Shown: positions 1 to 12,800 of the stretch, in pieces
How positions within the stretch are numbered: position 1 is the stretch's first letter
Layout of the letters: every line of letters starts with the position of its first letter
Assembly (NCBI RefSeq): GCF_018350175.1
Contig: NC_058368.1
Coordinates: forward strand, 18,602,001-18,666,000
DNA: 64,000 nucleotides
Source of the DNA: Felis catus
Lineage: Eukaryota
Direction of reading: 5' to 3'
Notes under the pieces: generated by a model
What the model was told of the DNA's origin: nothing
Seen by the model: only the letters and a program-made list of their open reading frames with translations
The model's database searches: none
Made by a program: the position numbers and the translations under genes

Positions 1-370
1 AGGTACTCCACATAAGGATACAGCTATTTTTAATACAGAAAACTTGGAAACAAGCTATCAAACAATAGGGAATTAGTTAAATAAATCATGTTTCCATGCA
101 GTGTCTAGAAAATAGTCATTAAAAATGTTACTCTCAATAATGTATTGAGTGAAAAGATCAGGTCACAAAACTCTGGTACAGTTTGTGGCCAATGCTGTTA
201 AAAAAAAATTAAGTGCATAATTTTATCTATGTTAAAAGAAACCAAAGGTTGACCCCGGTTTTCTCTGAGAGGCTGGATTACAGATGATTTTTTTCTATTC
301 ATAGTTTTCTGTATTTGTTTTCTAAAATATTTTTAAATGACTGTTTATTGCATTTATAATTAATTGGGAA
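1..370 (+). mobile_element. Ancient L1 (L1ME-like) 3' end fragment
   Basis: Degenerate L1 3' motifs (aaaacttggaaacaagc..., ataaatcatg, gattacagatgatttttt, tgcatttataat); heavily diverged. Confidence 0.55.
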
Positions 371-494
371 AAAGACAATAAGGATTACAAATTACATCAT
401 TCTCTCTTACCCACTTCTCAGGTTATTTATGAGACACAATGAGAAAATGCTCATGGAAATTCTTTGCAAAAAGGCCAAGCACTATTTGAATGTT

Positions 495-540
495 TATTAT
501 TATTATTATTATCATTATCATCATCATCATCATCACCATA
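495..540. repeat. (TAT)n/(CAT)n microsatellite at a MIR end
   Basis: tattattattattatcattatcatcatcatcatcatcac; source of the YYYY/HHHH ORF. Confidence 0.9.
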
Positions 541-656
541 ATTGCTTCTGCCTATTTTCTAACACTGAACAGAAAGTTAGAGATGCACAGAATGAGCTGG
601 AAATGACACAGCCACAGGGGTGAGCAAGTGATGGTACAGGGTCAAGGCTCCACTTG

Positions 657-818
657 AGTGCTTCTCCATTCTAATTGCACATTAGAATCACCCAGAATCA
701 CCTGGGGAGTTTTAAGAATATAGAGCAAGTAAATAAGGATCTCCAGGTACAAAGTCAGGCATCAACATTTCCCAAAAGTTTCTCTGTAATTCTGCTGTAC
801 AGCCGGGTCCAGAACTCC
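657..818. mobile_element. MER5-type hAT-Charlie DNA transposon relic
   Basis: cacattagaatcacc...cacctggggag...ggtccagaactcc resembles MER5A/B as recalled. Confidence 0.55.
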
Positions 819-1229
819 TAAATGCAGGCGAGCCCATGCACTTTAAGCCACCATTTTATTGTTCGTTGGGAGTGAGAGAAGGAGATGAGGGGCCTGGGAT
901 ATAGTCAAGCCTGAGAGAAAGGTCTGAATGTCCTAGGGTCTGAATGTCCCAGGGTGCAATCGTTTGTCCAGTCATATGTGTTCTAATATCAACTTGACAT
1001 TTTCCACTGGGTGGGGTTGGGAAAACTAGATTCTGAGGGCCCCCAGAAACTGGTCTACTTCCCTTACTGGAAAATTTCCTAGTCTATGTGGCACAGACAA
1101 ATGACGACAATAAGCATTTCTACACCAGATTAAGGCTATCAATGCAGTTTCCTGGGCATTCTCTCACTGGGGACTTGTGATCTCCCCACTTTTGTCACAT
1201 TGGTGGATACTTATTCCAATATTTCCCCA

Positions 1230-1920
1230 TTTAATAACTTTAGGAAGATAATCGATATACAATAAACTGCATATTTTTAAGCATATGTATGTTCTGTGGA
1301 ACCATCACCACATTCAAGGTGGTGAATGTACCCACAACCCCCACAAACCTTCCTCATGCCCCTTCATGATCACTCCACATCGACCCCGCCCCCAACTCCA
1401 GGCAAACCCTAATGTGCTTTCTGATTAGTTTATATTTTCTAAAATTTTATTTGGATGAACTTGCACAATATTTGTCTGTCTCTTTTTATTCACCATAATT
1501 ATTTTGAGATTCAGCCAGGCTGTTGCTCACTAGTATTCCATTTTATAGACATACCACAATTTATTTATCCATTCTCTTACGAATTGGACATTTGAGTTGT
1601 TTCCAGTTTGGGGCAATGACAAATAGAACAGCTGTAGATATTCATGTGTAAGTCTTACAGGGATATATGCTTTCAGTTCTGTTGGGTAAATACCTATACA
1701 GCTAGTTTAAGTGTATGTTTAACTTTTTGAGGCAACTATCAAGCTGTTTACCACAGTGGTTGTGGCATTTTCATTCCCAACAGGATTGTATAAGGTTTCA
1801 ACTCTTCCAAATCATCTTTAACATTTGGTATGGTCAGTCTTTAATTTTATCTAGTCTTATGGTTATGTAGTGATAGCAAATGGTGGTTATTTTACTAATG
1901 ATTAATGATGACCTTCAACC
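1230..1920 (-). mobile_element. Old L1 (L1MC/L1ME-like) 3' fragment, antisense
   Basis: Typical antisense L1 text (aaactgcatatttttaag, accacaatttatttatccattc, ggacatttgagttgtttccag, ccacagtggttgtggcattttcattcccac). Confidence 0.8.
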
Positions 1921-1939
1921 CTGACCTCACATGGTACAT

Positions 1940-1941
<2 letters not shown>

Positions 1942-1975
<34 letters not shown>
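1942..1975. repeat. (CA)n microsatellite
   Basis: Pure CA run. Confidence 0.95.
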
Positions 1976-1977
<2 letters not shown>

Positions 1978-1989
1978 ACACACCCATGC

Positions 1990-2365
1990 ATGCAAGATGA
2001 ATGATAGACCTGAGTATAAAAACAAAAATTATAAAACTTCTAGGAAAAAAACACAGTTGCAATACACATTTGGGTGGGCAAAGATTTCTTAAATAGGACA
2101 CAAAAGGAAAAATAATATTTATAAGATAACATATTAAACTTTTTCAAAACTAAAATCTTTTGCTCTAACGATCCTATTAAGAGAATGAAGCAGGAAGCAC
2201 AGTCTGGGAGAGATTTTTGCAAAGTCTTTATCTGGTAAAAGACTTCTATCTAGAATATGTAAAGAATTCTAAAAACTCAATAAAAGAAGGCAATCCAGTT
2301 TTTTTTTTAATGGGTGAAAGATTTGAAAGGTTCCTTCCCCAGAGAAAGTATATGGCTAGCAAATA
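1990..2365 (+). mobile_element. Old L1 ORF2 3' fragment
   Basis: aaaattataaaacttctaggaaaaaa...ggcaaagatttcttaaatagg...tctggtaaaagacttctatctagaatatgtaaagaa. Confidence 0.75.
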
Positions 2366-2399
2366 AAAATCCAAAAATATGCCCAGCCTCAGTTCTAGT

Positions 2400-2560
2400 A
2401 ATCACTTTTAAGGTAAGCGGAGTAGGTACCATTATTGTTGTCATTATTCCCATTTTGCAGATGAAGAAACACAATGAATGAGGCCACATGACCTAAGTTT
2501 ACACAACTAGCAAGTAGAAAGCCTGGATTAAAGTCTGACTCCAGCCCGGGGTTCTTCCGT
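2400..2560 (-). mobile_element. MIR SINE
   Basis: attcccattttgcagatgaagaaac...cacaactagcaagtagaaagcctggatt MIR core. Confidence 0.75.
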
Positions 2561-4486
2561 GACACAGCCAGTAATCTGGAGAGCCAGCAGAGAATCTAAG
2601 GCAGCATCTTGTGAAAACAATTAGGGGTGAAAGGGATTGGTCTGTGGGGTCATCACACAGAGACAGTGACACATAAAGGAGATGAGGTGAGAAGGCAGGG
2701 ACCAGAAAGTGTCTGGGCAAACCAGGGCCAGGAGCACACCGAACGCAAGGAGCATGGATGCCAACAGACAGGGGCATAGCCGAGTGTGGAGGCAGGTCAG
2801 CAGTCAGAAGTCAGAAAGGGACATGTGTGCAAAGGCCAGTGCAAGCTCAGAGCCAACCCCCGGGCAGGCAACCCACATTGCAGATTGGACTTCATGCTGT
2901 CTGTGGTGGACAGTTCCAACCCAGAAAGGAGCCCGGAAGCCATACTGCAGCAATGAATGGATCACCGTGACCGCAACAAAACCTGAGCCACCCACAAGCC
3001 CAGGTATGTCAGAGGTGGCAGAGATAACACGGAAGGCGTCCTGCTTGACCACTGAACACATGCAGGGGCAGGAATTGGAGGGTGTGGCATCAGTGTAAGC
3101 AGGCCGCCCCGGAGACGTGACATGCAGTTGATCTTGGAGACTGACGCATAAAAAGTCACTGGTAGGAATTGAGGGTCAAACGTGATTTATTTTGGCTTCT
3201 TTAATTTCAGTTCCCAACTTCTGTTTTAATTGTACCTTGATTAAATGGGCTTAAAATGAATAACTGAATGTTTTAAGATATTACTCATCTATATGCCTTC
3301 AATCATATCACTGATCTCACTAATCAGCAGTCTTGCCCTGTGCCTGATGATGTTGTCCTACAGATACTGTGGTAACTCCAGAGCCAACAGAGACGTTTCA
3401 AAACCCGAAAAGGTAAACGAACACTGGTACTGCTCACTGAGAAGGAAATGCGAGGGAGGGGTGAGACAAGGCAGAGAGGGTTTTAAAATGCAATGTCCCA
3501 GTGAAATATACCAGCTATGGTGCTTATTCTAAACTGCACTGGCTCTCACTTCCTAAAAGTCAGGGCGTGTGATACAACAGAGTTAAGGCCAAACGTCACA
3601 GTAAAACGCAAGGGCCCCATAACAGACAGTTTCTGTGCATTGGGTTTCAGAGTGCGCCATTACAATCACTCATTTCTTCTGCTAGGCGGCCTCCCAAGTC
3701 CAGCCACACCAGTCCACACACGAAGCTACCTTTCACCGTCCTGCCCCAGAGGCGCCGTGCTAAGCTGAGTCACAGGCTGGAGAGAGTTACAAAGGTTTCC
3801 AGTGATGTTCTCGTACGATCAGAGTCCAGGCCAGGGCACCCAGGACAATCACTCACACAAGTCAAAGACAGTCTTCTGTAAGCACATCCAGCTAAGAGCC
3901 TCGGGCTAGTGGACTTTGGACCCAGATCTAGGCTGTGAGCAAGGCCAGGTACAGCCCCGAGCAAGCACCTCTTCCCCATCAGTGCCCAGATACGACCTTA
4001 TATCCTTTGCAATCATTTCAGATTTACTAAAGGAACCATTTTCCTCAGGCAGTGCATTTCTAATAGGTTAATAGCCCCAAGTCTTTAGCCTCTAGCAAGG
4101 GGGTATCACAGAATACTTCCCTGGCTTCCCCCACCTCCCAGAAAAATATAAGTGTAATTGCAGAACAAGAGGGATGTTTAATAAAAAGTCTCCATTATGT
4201 CAGTAAATGTATCATAACTCAAAAATAGCATTTACCATTATCACAGGCTTGAAGCTTTCGTATGATCTTTGGCCTCATTCTCCAAACTCCAGCCAACTAA
4301 ACTTCCTGGAGGTCATCTGCCACTGCATTTTCCACAACGCCATAAAAGTTACAGCTGTTTAGAGCTGGCTGGAACCACACAGATCATCTACGAGATGATC
4401 TACACAGATGAACAAGGACAATAAACTTTTAGTGACCATGTACTACATCCCAGGAACCATGTCATGCATGTACGTAGTACCTCTTT

Positions 4487-4715
4487 GGGGGTGCCTGGGT
4501 GGCTCAGCCAGTTAAATGTCCCACTTCAGCTCAGGTCATGATCTCACAGTTCATGAGTTCGAGCCCCATATCGGACTCTGTGCTGACAGCTCAGAGCCTG
4601 GAGCCTGCATCTGATTCTATGTCTCCCTCTCTCTCTCTCTGCCTCTCCCCCACTCACACTCCATCTCTCAAAATGAATAAACGTTAAAAAAAAAATAAAA
4701 CACATAATAAATAAA
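4487..4715 (+). mobile_element. CanSINE (tRNA-derived carnivore SINE)
   Basis: ggggtgcctgggtggctcag head, CT tract, AATAAA/A tail; TSD tagtacctcttt / tagtccctcttt. Confidence 0.95.
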
Positions 4716-6652
4716 TAGTCCCTCTTTTAATCTCCCATCAGCCCCTCAGAGTTGGTACTTTTATCATCCACACTTGACACAGGAGATTTTAAGGAGGAAG
4801 TTCAATGTCACACACTGAGGAAGAGACGGCATTTGTCTGTATGTCCACCGTGGTCCAGTGAGCTCCGAACCACTGCCATTTATTGGCTGTTTCTCCAACC
4901 AATGAGGCTACGTGAACTTGCAGACTCCAGAATCTTAGTGAGACCCTCTTCTGACTGGAGCCGGCCATTCCCATACACAGTAGGCCACGTACAACCGCAG
5001 AAAACGTTGCATCCACCTGCACTACAAGCCCAACACAATACTCACTTCTTAATGTTTGCGTTACATCATAAAATGTAAGAACTGCAGAGGGGCTTTGAAG
5101 GCCATTCAGTCAAAATCAGTTTAGAAATGAGAATGCAAATCCTGGAGAAGTGAAAAGGCTTTCCTAGAATCCCACAACTACCTCAAAGGCAGAGCAAGAA
5201 TAATGTTTTAGGAGTTAAAAATAGTGTGCTGACAACGGATATTCCCAAGACAGTAACATAGGTTGTTCCTGACTTTGCTCCTCACACAAGAACTATCAGC
5301 TATTCAAGAATAAGACACCACTGACATAATCTTAGAACATGGAGATGAGGCTGAAGCCCTACCCCGCACCTCAGAGACCAGGCCCGATTGCAGTAGAGGA
5401 TAAGACAAGCAGCTACACATTGACCACACCGCCCCTCCCCCAGAATAGCACAACACTATGTGGAGAGGTCTTCCGTGAGCCTCCGATTCCTCCAGTGGGA
5501 AAAGAAAATCCAGGGGGGAATGTCAGCTCCCGCAGCATTCTGGGTCACTCTGTGGGAGCCCCTACTCTGATCTCACACCACAGGGATTACAGGGGAATCA
5601 TTGGGACCCATGACAGAGAAGGGGGAAAGGGCTTGCAATAACCAGCACTCAGGGATCTTGGCAGACGGAGTTCCTATCTGCAGTGCCCAAGTAGTAACCC
5701 CAAACAGCGACTTTGCTCATCTACAGAACCAAGTTGAAGGCACACCCTGACCAGGAAACTCAGTGTGATACACATCTGCCTGATTTGGATACTCAAATGA
5801 GGAATTTTGCTTGCCCTGGAGCCTAGTTTGCCCCCATCCAGGCAAGGTGCCGAGTCCCAGCCCCACCCACCACGAAAGTGCCTTCCAGCTCCATAAAACC
5901 AGAAGCGCTGGTGAAAACACCTGAAAGTTGTGTGGCCCAGTGGCGCTCGAGCTGAGAGAAGGGCAGACAGACCCAATAGTTTGTACAGCAAAGTCAATGG
6001 CGCTGTTCATCCAGGAAACTTCAGGTGTGGGTCAGCTTGCGGTAAGACAACAAAGAGCTTTACTAGTTTTCGAGCTGCTTCCCCTGCTGCACCTGAGCAG
6101 GGAACCTACTTTGTAGCCCAGGTCACGACTGAATATAGCCTTCAGCCTATCTGACCAGGGAATCTAACGAGAGAACACAGCCCATGGCTTCCCCTGGCTG
6201 CAGAGCAAAACTAATGACCCCACCTGACCAAAGAATTCAAGGCAAGAATTTCACACCCAGCAAAGCTGTCCTTCAGAAATGAAAAAGGGATACAGACTCC
6301 CCTCCTCTCCTGCAAAAAAGCTGAGGGAGCTCATTGCCACCAGAACTCCCTTACAAAAAATGCTAAGTGAGTTCTTTGAGTAGAAGTGAAAGAACACCAA
6401 TTAACATCAAAAAAACACAAAAAGGTAGCAAAATCTCACTGGTAATGGTAAATATATAGTCATAGTTAGATTCTGCAATGTGGTAATAGTGGTACATAAC
6501 TCACAACTCTAATTTAAAAGTTAAAAAAGTTAATGTAGCAAAAATAACCATAAATACAACAATCTATTATTAGTTACACAATATAAAATATATGTAAGTT
6601 GTAACAGCAATAACCTAAAATGTGAAGGGGAGAAGTAAGAGTGTGAAGTGGA

Positions 6653-6866
6653 CGGGGCGCCTGGGTGGCGCAGTCGGTTAAGCGTCCGACTTCAGCCAGG
6701 TCACGATCTCGCGGTCCGTGAGTTCGAGCCCCGCGTCGGGCTCTGGGCTGATGGCTCAGAACCTGGGGCCTGTTTCCGATTCTGTGTCTCCCTCTCTCTC
6801 TGCCCCTCCCCCGTTCATGCTCTGTCTCTCTCTGTCCCAAAAATAAATAAACGAAAAAAAAAAAAA
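6653..6866 (+). mobile_element. Young felid CanSINE (SINEC_Fc type) nested in L1
   Basis: CpG-rich intact body; perfect 16-bp TSD aagagtgtgaagtgga at 6637-6652 and 6867-6882. Confidence 0.97.
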
Positions 6867-7079
6867 AAGAGTGTGAAGTGGAACTTCTATTGAATTTATA
6901 TAGTTACCAGTTTAAAATAGGGTGTTGTAAGTTTAAGATTTTATATAAGCTTCATGGCAAACACAAGGGAAAAACCTGTAGTAATTACACAAATAACATG
7001 ATAAAGAAGTCAAAGCATAAAGATACCAAAAAACATTAAAATACACAAAAAGATAGCAGGATAAGAAACAAGGAAAAAT

Positions 7080-7324
7080 GGGGCACCTGGATGGCTCAGC
7101 AGGTTAAGCGTCCAACTCTTGGTTTCAGATCAGGTCATGATCTCATGGTCATGAGATCAAGCCCTGTGTCAGGCTCCATGCTTAGCATGGAGCCTGCTTG
7201 GGATCCTCCCCCTCTCTCTGCCCTTCACCCACTTCCTGTCTAAAAATAAATAAACTTGAAAGAAAAGAAAAGAAAAGAAAAGAAAAGAAAAGAAAGAAAA
7301 GGAAAGAAAAGAAAAAAAGAAAGG
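7080..7324 (+). mobile_element. CanSINE with (GAAAA)n tail, nested in L1
   Basis: ggggcacctggatggctcag head; tail expanded to gaaaa repeats. Confidence 0.93.
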
Positions 7325-8033
7325 AAAACAAGGAACAAAGGATCTATAAAACAACCAGAAAACAATCAACAAAATGGCAATAGTAAGTCCTTACCTATCA
7401 ATAATCACTTTAAATGTAAATGGATAAAATTATCCAAAAGACATAGAACAACTGAATGGATTAAAAAAAAAAAGAAAATCAAGATCTTGCAATATGCTGC
7501 CTAGAAGAGATTCACGTTAGCCTTAAAGACTCACATAGGCTAAGAATGAAGGGATGGAAAAAGGCATTTCAAGCAAATATTTATCAAAACAAAAACAAAA
7601 ACAGAAAACAGCAAAAGCAGGGGTAGCTTTACTTATATCAGATCTCAAACTAAAAATGGTAAGAAAAAAAAAGAAAGTCATTATATAATGATAAAGGAGT
7701 CAATACATCAAAAAGATAACAATTATAAATTTTCATACACCCTATATTGGAGCAGCTAAATATATAAAGCAAAAACTAATAGAGCTAAAAAGAGGAATGA
7801 ACAATAATATAATGATAATTGGGGACTTTAATACCGTACTCTCAACAATTGATAAACCAGCCAGAGAACCAATAGGGAAACAGCAGATTTGAACAACACT
7901 ATGGACCAAATGGACCTAACAGACATATACAGAACATTCTACCCAGCAATAGCAGAATACACATTCTTCTAAAGCACAAGTAGAACATTTTCTAGGATAG
8001 ATCATATGTTAGGCCACAAAACAAGTCTTAGAA

Positions 8034-8235
8034 GGGATGCTTGGGTAGCTCAATCGGTTAAGCGTCCGACTTTGGCTCAGGTCATGATCTCACAGCATTG
8101 GGCTCTGTGCTGACAGCTTGGAGCCTGGAGCCTGCTTCAGATTCTGTGTCTTCCTTGCTCTCTGCCCCTCCCCTGTTTGTACTCGGTCTCTCTCTCTCAA
8201 AAATAAATAAAACATTAAAAAAAATTTTTAAAAAT
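8034..8235 (+). mobile_element. CanSINE nested in L1 ORF2
   Basis: SINE head and body; TSD aaacaagtcttagaa on both sides. Confidence 0.95.
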
Positions 8236-8534
8236 AAACAAGTCTTAGAACACTCAAGAAGGTTGAAATCACACCAAGTATCTTTTCTTACCATAATAGC
8301 ATGAAACTAGAAATCAAGAAGAAGAAAACTGAAAAATGTATGAACTCATGGAAATTAAACAACACTCTCTTGAAGAACCAAGGGATCAAAGAAGAAATTA
8401 AAGGGAAATAAAAAAGTTTCTTGACACAAATAAAAAATGGAAACACATATACCAGAACTTACAGAATGCAGCAAAAGCAGTTCTGAGAGTGAAGTGCATA
8501 GCAATAAATACCTACGTTAATAAGAAAGGCCCCA

Positions 8535-8742
8535 AGGCACCTGGGTGGCTCAGTCGGTTAAGCACATGACTCTTGATCTTGACTCAAGTCATGATCTCAC
8601 AGTTCATGGGCTTAAGCTCTGCGCTGATGGGGTGGAGCCTGCTTGGGCTTCTCCCTCTCCCTCTTTCTCTCTCTCTCTGTGCCCCTCCTCCATACTTGTT
8701 TTCTCTCTCAAAATAAATAAATAAACTTTAAAAAAAAAAAAA
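8535..8742 (+). mobile_element. CanSINE nested in L1 ORF2
   Basis: ggcacctgggtggctcagtcggttaag head; TSD aagaaaggcccca / aagaaaggtccca. Confidence 0.95.
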
Positions 8743-11700
8743 AAAGAAAGGTCCCAAATAAACATCTTAACTCTGTTCCTTAAAGAACTTGAAAAAGAAC
8801 AAACTGAACTCAAAGTTATCAGAAGAAGGAAATAATAAATATTAGAGCAGAAATAAATGAAATAGAAAACAGAAAAATGAAAAAGATGAACCAAACTGCT
8901 ATTTCTTGGAAAAGATAAGCAAAATGGACAAAACCTTAGCTAGACTAACCAAGGAAAAAAGAGAAAGAATCCAAATCAGCAAAGTTATTAATGAAAAAAT
9001 AGACATATAATTGATCCTACAGAAATTCAAAGGATCATCAGAGGCTACTATATGACAATAAACTGGACAACCTAGAAAAAAAAATGGAATAATTCTTAGA
9101 GACATACAACCTAATGAAGACTGAATCAAGAAGAAATAAAAAAATGTGAATAGACCAATTACTAGTAAGGAAATTGAACCAGTAATCAAAGATCTTTCAA
9201 TAAAGGAAAGTCCAGGCCCACATGGCTTGTGGCAAATTTTACCAAATATTTTTAAAAAAATGAACACCAATCCTTCTTAAAACTCCCATATTTCAAAGAG
9301 GAGAGAACATTCACAAACCCATTTTGTAAGGCCAGAATTATCCTGATACCAAAACCAGAAAAGGAGACTACTAGAAAAGAAAACTTCAGGTCAATATCTC
9401 TGATGAATATAGATGCAAAAATTCTCAACAAAATACCAGCAAAGTGAACTCAGCAACACATTAAAAAATCATTCACCATGATCATGTGGGATTTATCCCT
9501 GGAATGCAAGGATGCTTCAACATATGCAAATCAATGTGATATATCACATTAATAGAATGAAAGAAAAGGATCATATGCATTCAACAAAATTCAACATCCA
9601 CGCATGATAAAAACTTTTAACAGATTAGGCATAGGTAGAACATATCTCAACATAATAAATGCCAATAGGACAAGCCCACAGCTAACGTCTTGCTCAATGG
9701 CAAAAGAATGAAAGCTTTCCCTCAAAAATCAGGAGAAAAAGACAAGAGTGCCCACTCTCATCATTTCTATTCAATATAGTACTGAAAATCCTGACTAGGG
9801 CAATCAGGCAAGAACAATAAAAGGCAACAGAACTGGAAAGGAAGAAGTAAAATAGTTCCTATTTACAGATGACATGATTTTATATACAGAAAATCCTAAA
9901 TACTCACCCTAAAAAAGGCTAGATCTAACCAATGAACTTAGCAAAGTTTCAAGATATACAGTTAATAGACAAAATCTGTAAAATTTATATATACCAACAA
10001 TGAAATTTCTGAAAAAGAAATAAAGAAATTGATCCCATTTACAAGAGCATCAAAAACAATAAAATGCTTAGGAATAAACAGAAGGAAGTAGATCTCTACA
10101 CTGAAAACTACAAGACATTGATGAAAGAAATTGAATAAAACACACAAGTAAATGGAAATATTACTGTGTTTGCTGATGGAAAATTAATATTGTTAAAATG
10201 TCTAAACTACCAAAAGTAATCTATAGAATCCTACAGTAATCTAAGTGATCCTTATTGATATTTCAAAGGCATTTTTTTTCCCCACAGAAGCAGGAAAACA
10301 CACCTAAAATTTATATGGAACCACCAAAGAAATCCTGAATAAAAACAAAACAGGAAGCATCACATTTCCTGATTTCAAGTTACAATATAAAGCTATGGTC
10401 ATCAAACAGCACGGTATTGGCATTAAAAAAAGACAAACAAGCAATGAACAGAAGTGACAGCCCCAAAACAGACCCAAGCATATACAGTCACCTAATATCT
10501 GACAAGGAAAGCAAGAGTACTCAATGATGAAAAGACACTCTCTTCAATAAATGGTGCTGGGATAACTGGATATTCACACATAAAAGAATGAAACTGGACC
10601 CATACCTTACATCATTCACAAACATTGACTTGAAATGGATTAAAGACTTAAAATATAAGACCTGAAACCATGAGACTCCTAGAAGAAAATATAGCAATAA
10701 AGCTCCTTGACATGGGTCTTGGTAATGATGTTATGGATAGGACACTTAAAGCATAACCAACAAAAAATTGACAGATGGGACTACATCAAACTAAAATGCT
10801 TCTGCATAGCAAAAGAAACCATCAATAAAGTGAAAAGATAGCCTACAGAATGGAAAAAAAATATTTGCAACTCATATATCTGATAAGGGGTTATTATCCT
10901 ACCACTCAGTAGCAAAAAAACAAGTAGCCCAATTAAAAAATGGGAAAAGGATCTGAACACATTTCTCCAAAAAATATATACAAAAAGCCAACGGTTATGT
11001 TTTTAAAAAATGCTCAACGCCACTAGTCTTTAGGGAAACGCAAGTTAAAACCACAATGAGATATTACCTCACATCTGTTAGAATGGCACCATAAAAAAGA
11101 CAAGAGGTAACAATGCTGACAAGGACGAAGAGAATAGGAACCCATGTGGACTGTTGGTGAGGTTGTGCACTGGGACAGCTGCTATAGAAAACAGTATAGA
11201 GGATCCTCCAAAAGTTAAAAATAAAACTGTATGATCCAGATATTCTACTTCTTGGTATTTATCCAAAGATAACAAAAACACTATCTTGAAGAGATATCTG
11301 CACCCCCATGTTCATAACATTATTTCCAACAGCGAAGCTGTGGAAACAACCTAAGTATTCCCCAGGGATGAAGTTGTGGCAGATACATACAACAGAATCT
11401 TATTCAGCCATTATAAAAGATAAGGAAATCCTACCATTTGTGCCAACATGGATAGACTTAGAGGGCATTCTGCTAAGCGAAGTAAGTCAGAGAAGGACAA
11501 GTACTGTATGATCTCACTTATATGTGGAATCTTTAAAAAAGACAGAAAAACTCATAAAGAGATCAGACTTGTGATTACCAGAGGCAGAGGGTCGGAGGAG
11601 AAGGAATTGGAGAAGGTGGTCAAAAGGCACAAACTTCCAGTTATAAGATAAACAAGCACTACGAAGGGAAGGTACATGATGACTATAGCTATCACCGCTG

Positions 11701-12569
11701 TGTAACATATAGGAGAGTTAAGAGAGTAAATCGTAAGAGTTCTCACCACAAGGAGAAATTTTTTTCTTCTTTCTTTTCTTTTTATTGTATCTATACGAGA
11801 AATGGGTGTTAGCTGAACCTATCGTGGTGCTCATTTCACAATACATGTAATCAAACCATCATGCCATACGTCTTAAATGTATACAGTGAAGGATGTCAAT
11901 TATTTCCCAATAAGACTAGAAAAAAAGAGAACACAGTATACTGTTTTATTTCCTCCACCTTTTCCTCCCCTAAAAAGGTAGTTGAACCTACTAACCTAGT
12001 GTTAGAAACTTATGAGAAAGGTCATCATCCCCTCCTGGAAAAAAAAAAAAAAAAAATTCCCTCTCCAGTTGAGATTATTAACCTTTTTATTCCAGAATTT
12101 ATGGAACATGCAGCTCAAGGGTATAGTGTGACTTAACTTGAAAAAGGTCAGTTCCTTCTTCGGGGCTTTCTAGCAATTTTACAATAATGTTGTACACTCA
12201 TATAGCGCATTTTCTGCTAGGGAAATGGAAGCATCAAAATTTAGTATCTGTCAGTTATTTTTTGAAGTGATCGGTTAGTTTACCGGTAGACGGTCAAGGT
12301 CCCGGCACTGGGGGATATGTGGGAAGGAGGATGCAGACAGAGGGAGCAGAAGACTCAGACTCTGTCAGCAGTTTAGGACCCTTGCGAATTCCCCGCCCCC
12401 TTCCCTGCCATAAAAACAGACAGCAACCAAAGAACTGACAGCTATCTGCATTCTTGGAGGAAATTAATTATAGCTACAGAAAAGAAAACGAGAAGGGAGG
12501 AAACAGGAAAACAACGAGAGGAAACAGGGAAGAAGAAGATAAAAGACCATCGATAAGATGAAAACAAAC

Positions 12570-12705
12570 GGGGCACTTGGGTGACTCAGTAGGTTAAGGA
12601 TCCGACTCTTGGTTTCGGCTCAGGTCACGATCTCACAGTTCATGAGATCGAGCCCAACATTGGGCTGTGCACTGACAGCACGGAGCCTGCTTAGGATTCT
12701 CTCAT

Positions 12706-12740
<35 letters not shown>

Positions 12741-12800
12741 CTGTACCCTCCTCTCTCCCCCTATCCCTCTCAAAGTAAATAAATACACTTAAAAAAAAAA
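12570..12800 (+). mobile_element. CanSINE
   Basis: ggggcacttgggtgactcag head, (CT)n, A tail. Confidence 0.93.

Larger units (their letters stand above)
5232..11929 (+). mobile_element. Near full-length decayed LINE-1 (L1MA9/L1_Carn-like), most of ORF1 absent, four nested SINEs
   Basis: 5'UTR-like ~5240-6240; ORF1 C-terminal remnant ~6243-6400; ORF2 start atggcaatagtaagtccttacctatcaataatcactttaaatgtaaatgg (MAIVSPYLSIITLNVNG) ~7374; RT motif ctatttacagatgacatgatt (LFTDDMI) ~9858; 3'UTR to A-rich end; diverged TSD aaaatagtgtgctg (5218) / aacacagtatactg (11930); many stops and frameshifts. Confidence 0.92.

Noticed and set aside
429..623. Poly-Tyr/poly-His ORF
   Set aside because: Microsatellite at the end of a MIR
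920..954. 16-bp tandem duplication ggtctgaatgtcc(t/c)ag x2
   Set aside because: Ordinary slippage duplication with no further structure
4487..4565. tRNA genes
   Set aside because: The A/B-box-like heads belong to tRNA-derived CanSINEs
6574..6840. ORFs such as MGQRETEHERGRGRERGRHRIG... (also at 49352, 51314) and MAQ.VKCPTSAQVMIS... ORFs
   Set aside because: Translations of CanSINE bodies, recurring at every copy
7374..11520. L1 ORF2 as a functional CDS
   Set aside because: Numerous stops, frameshifts and SINE insertions
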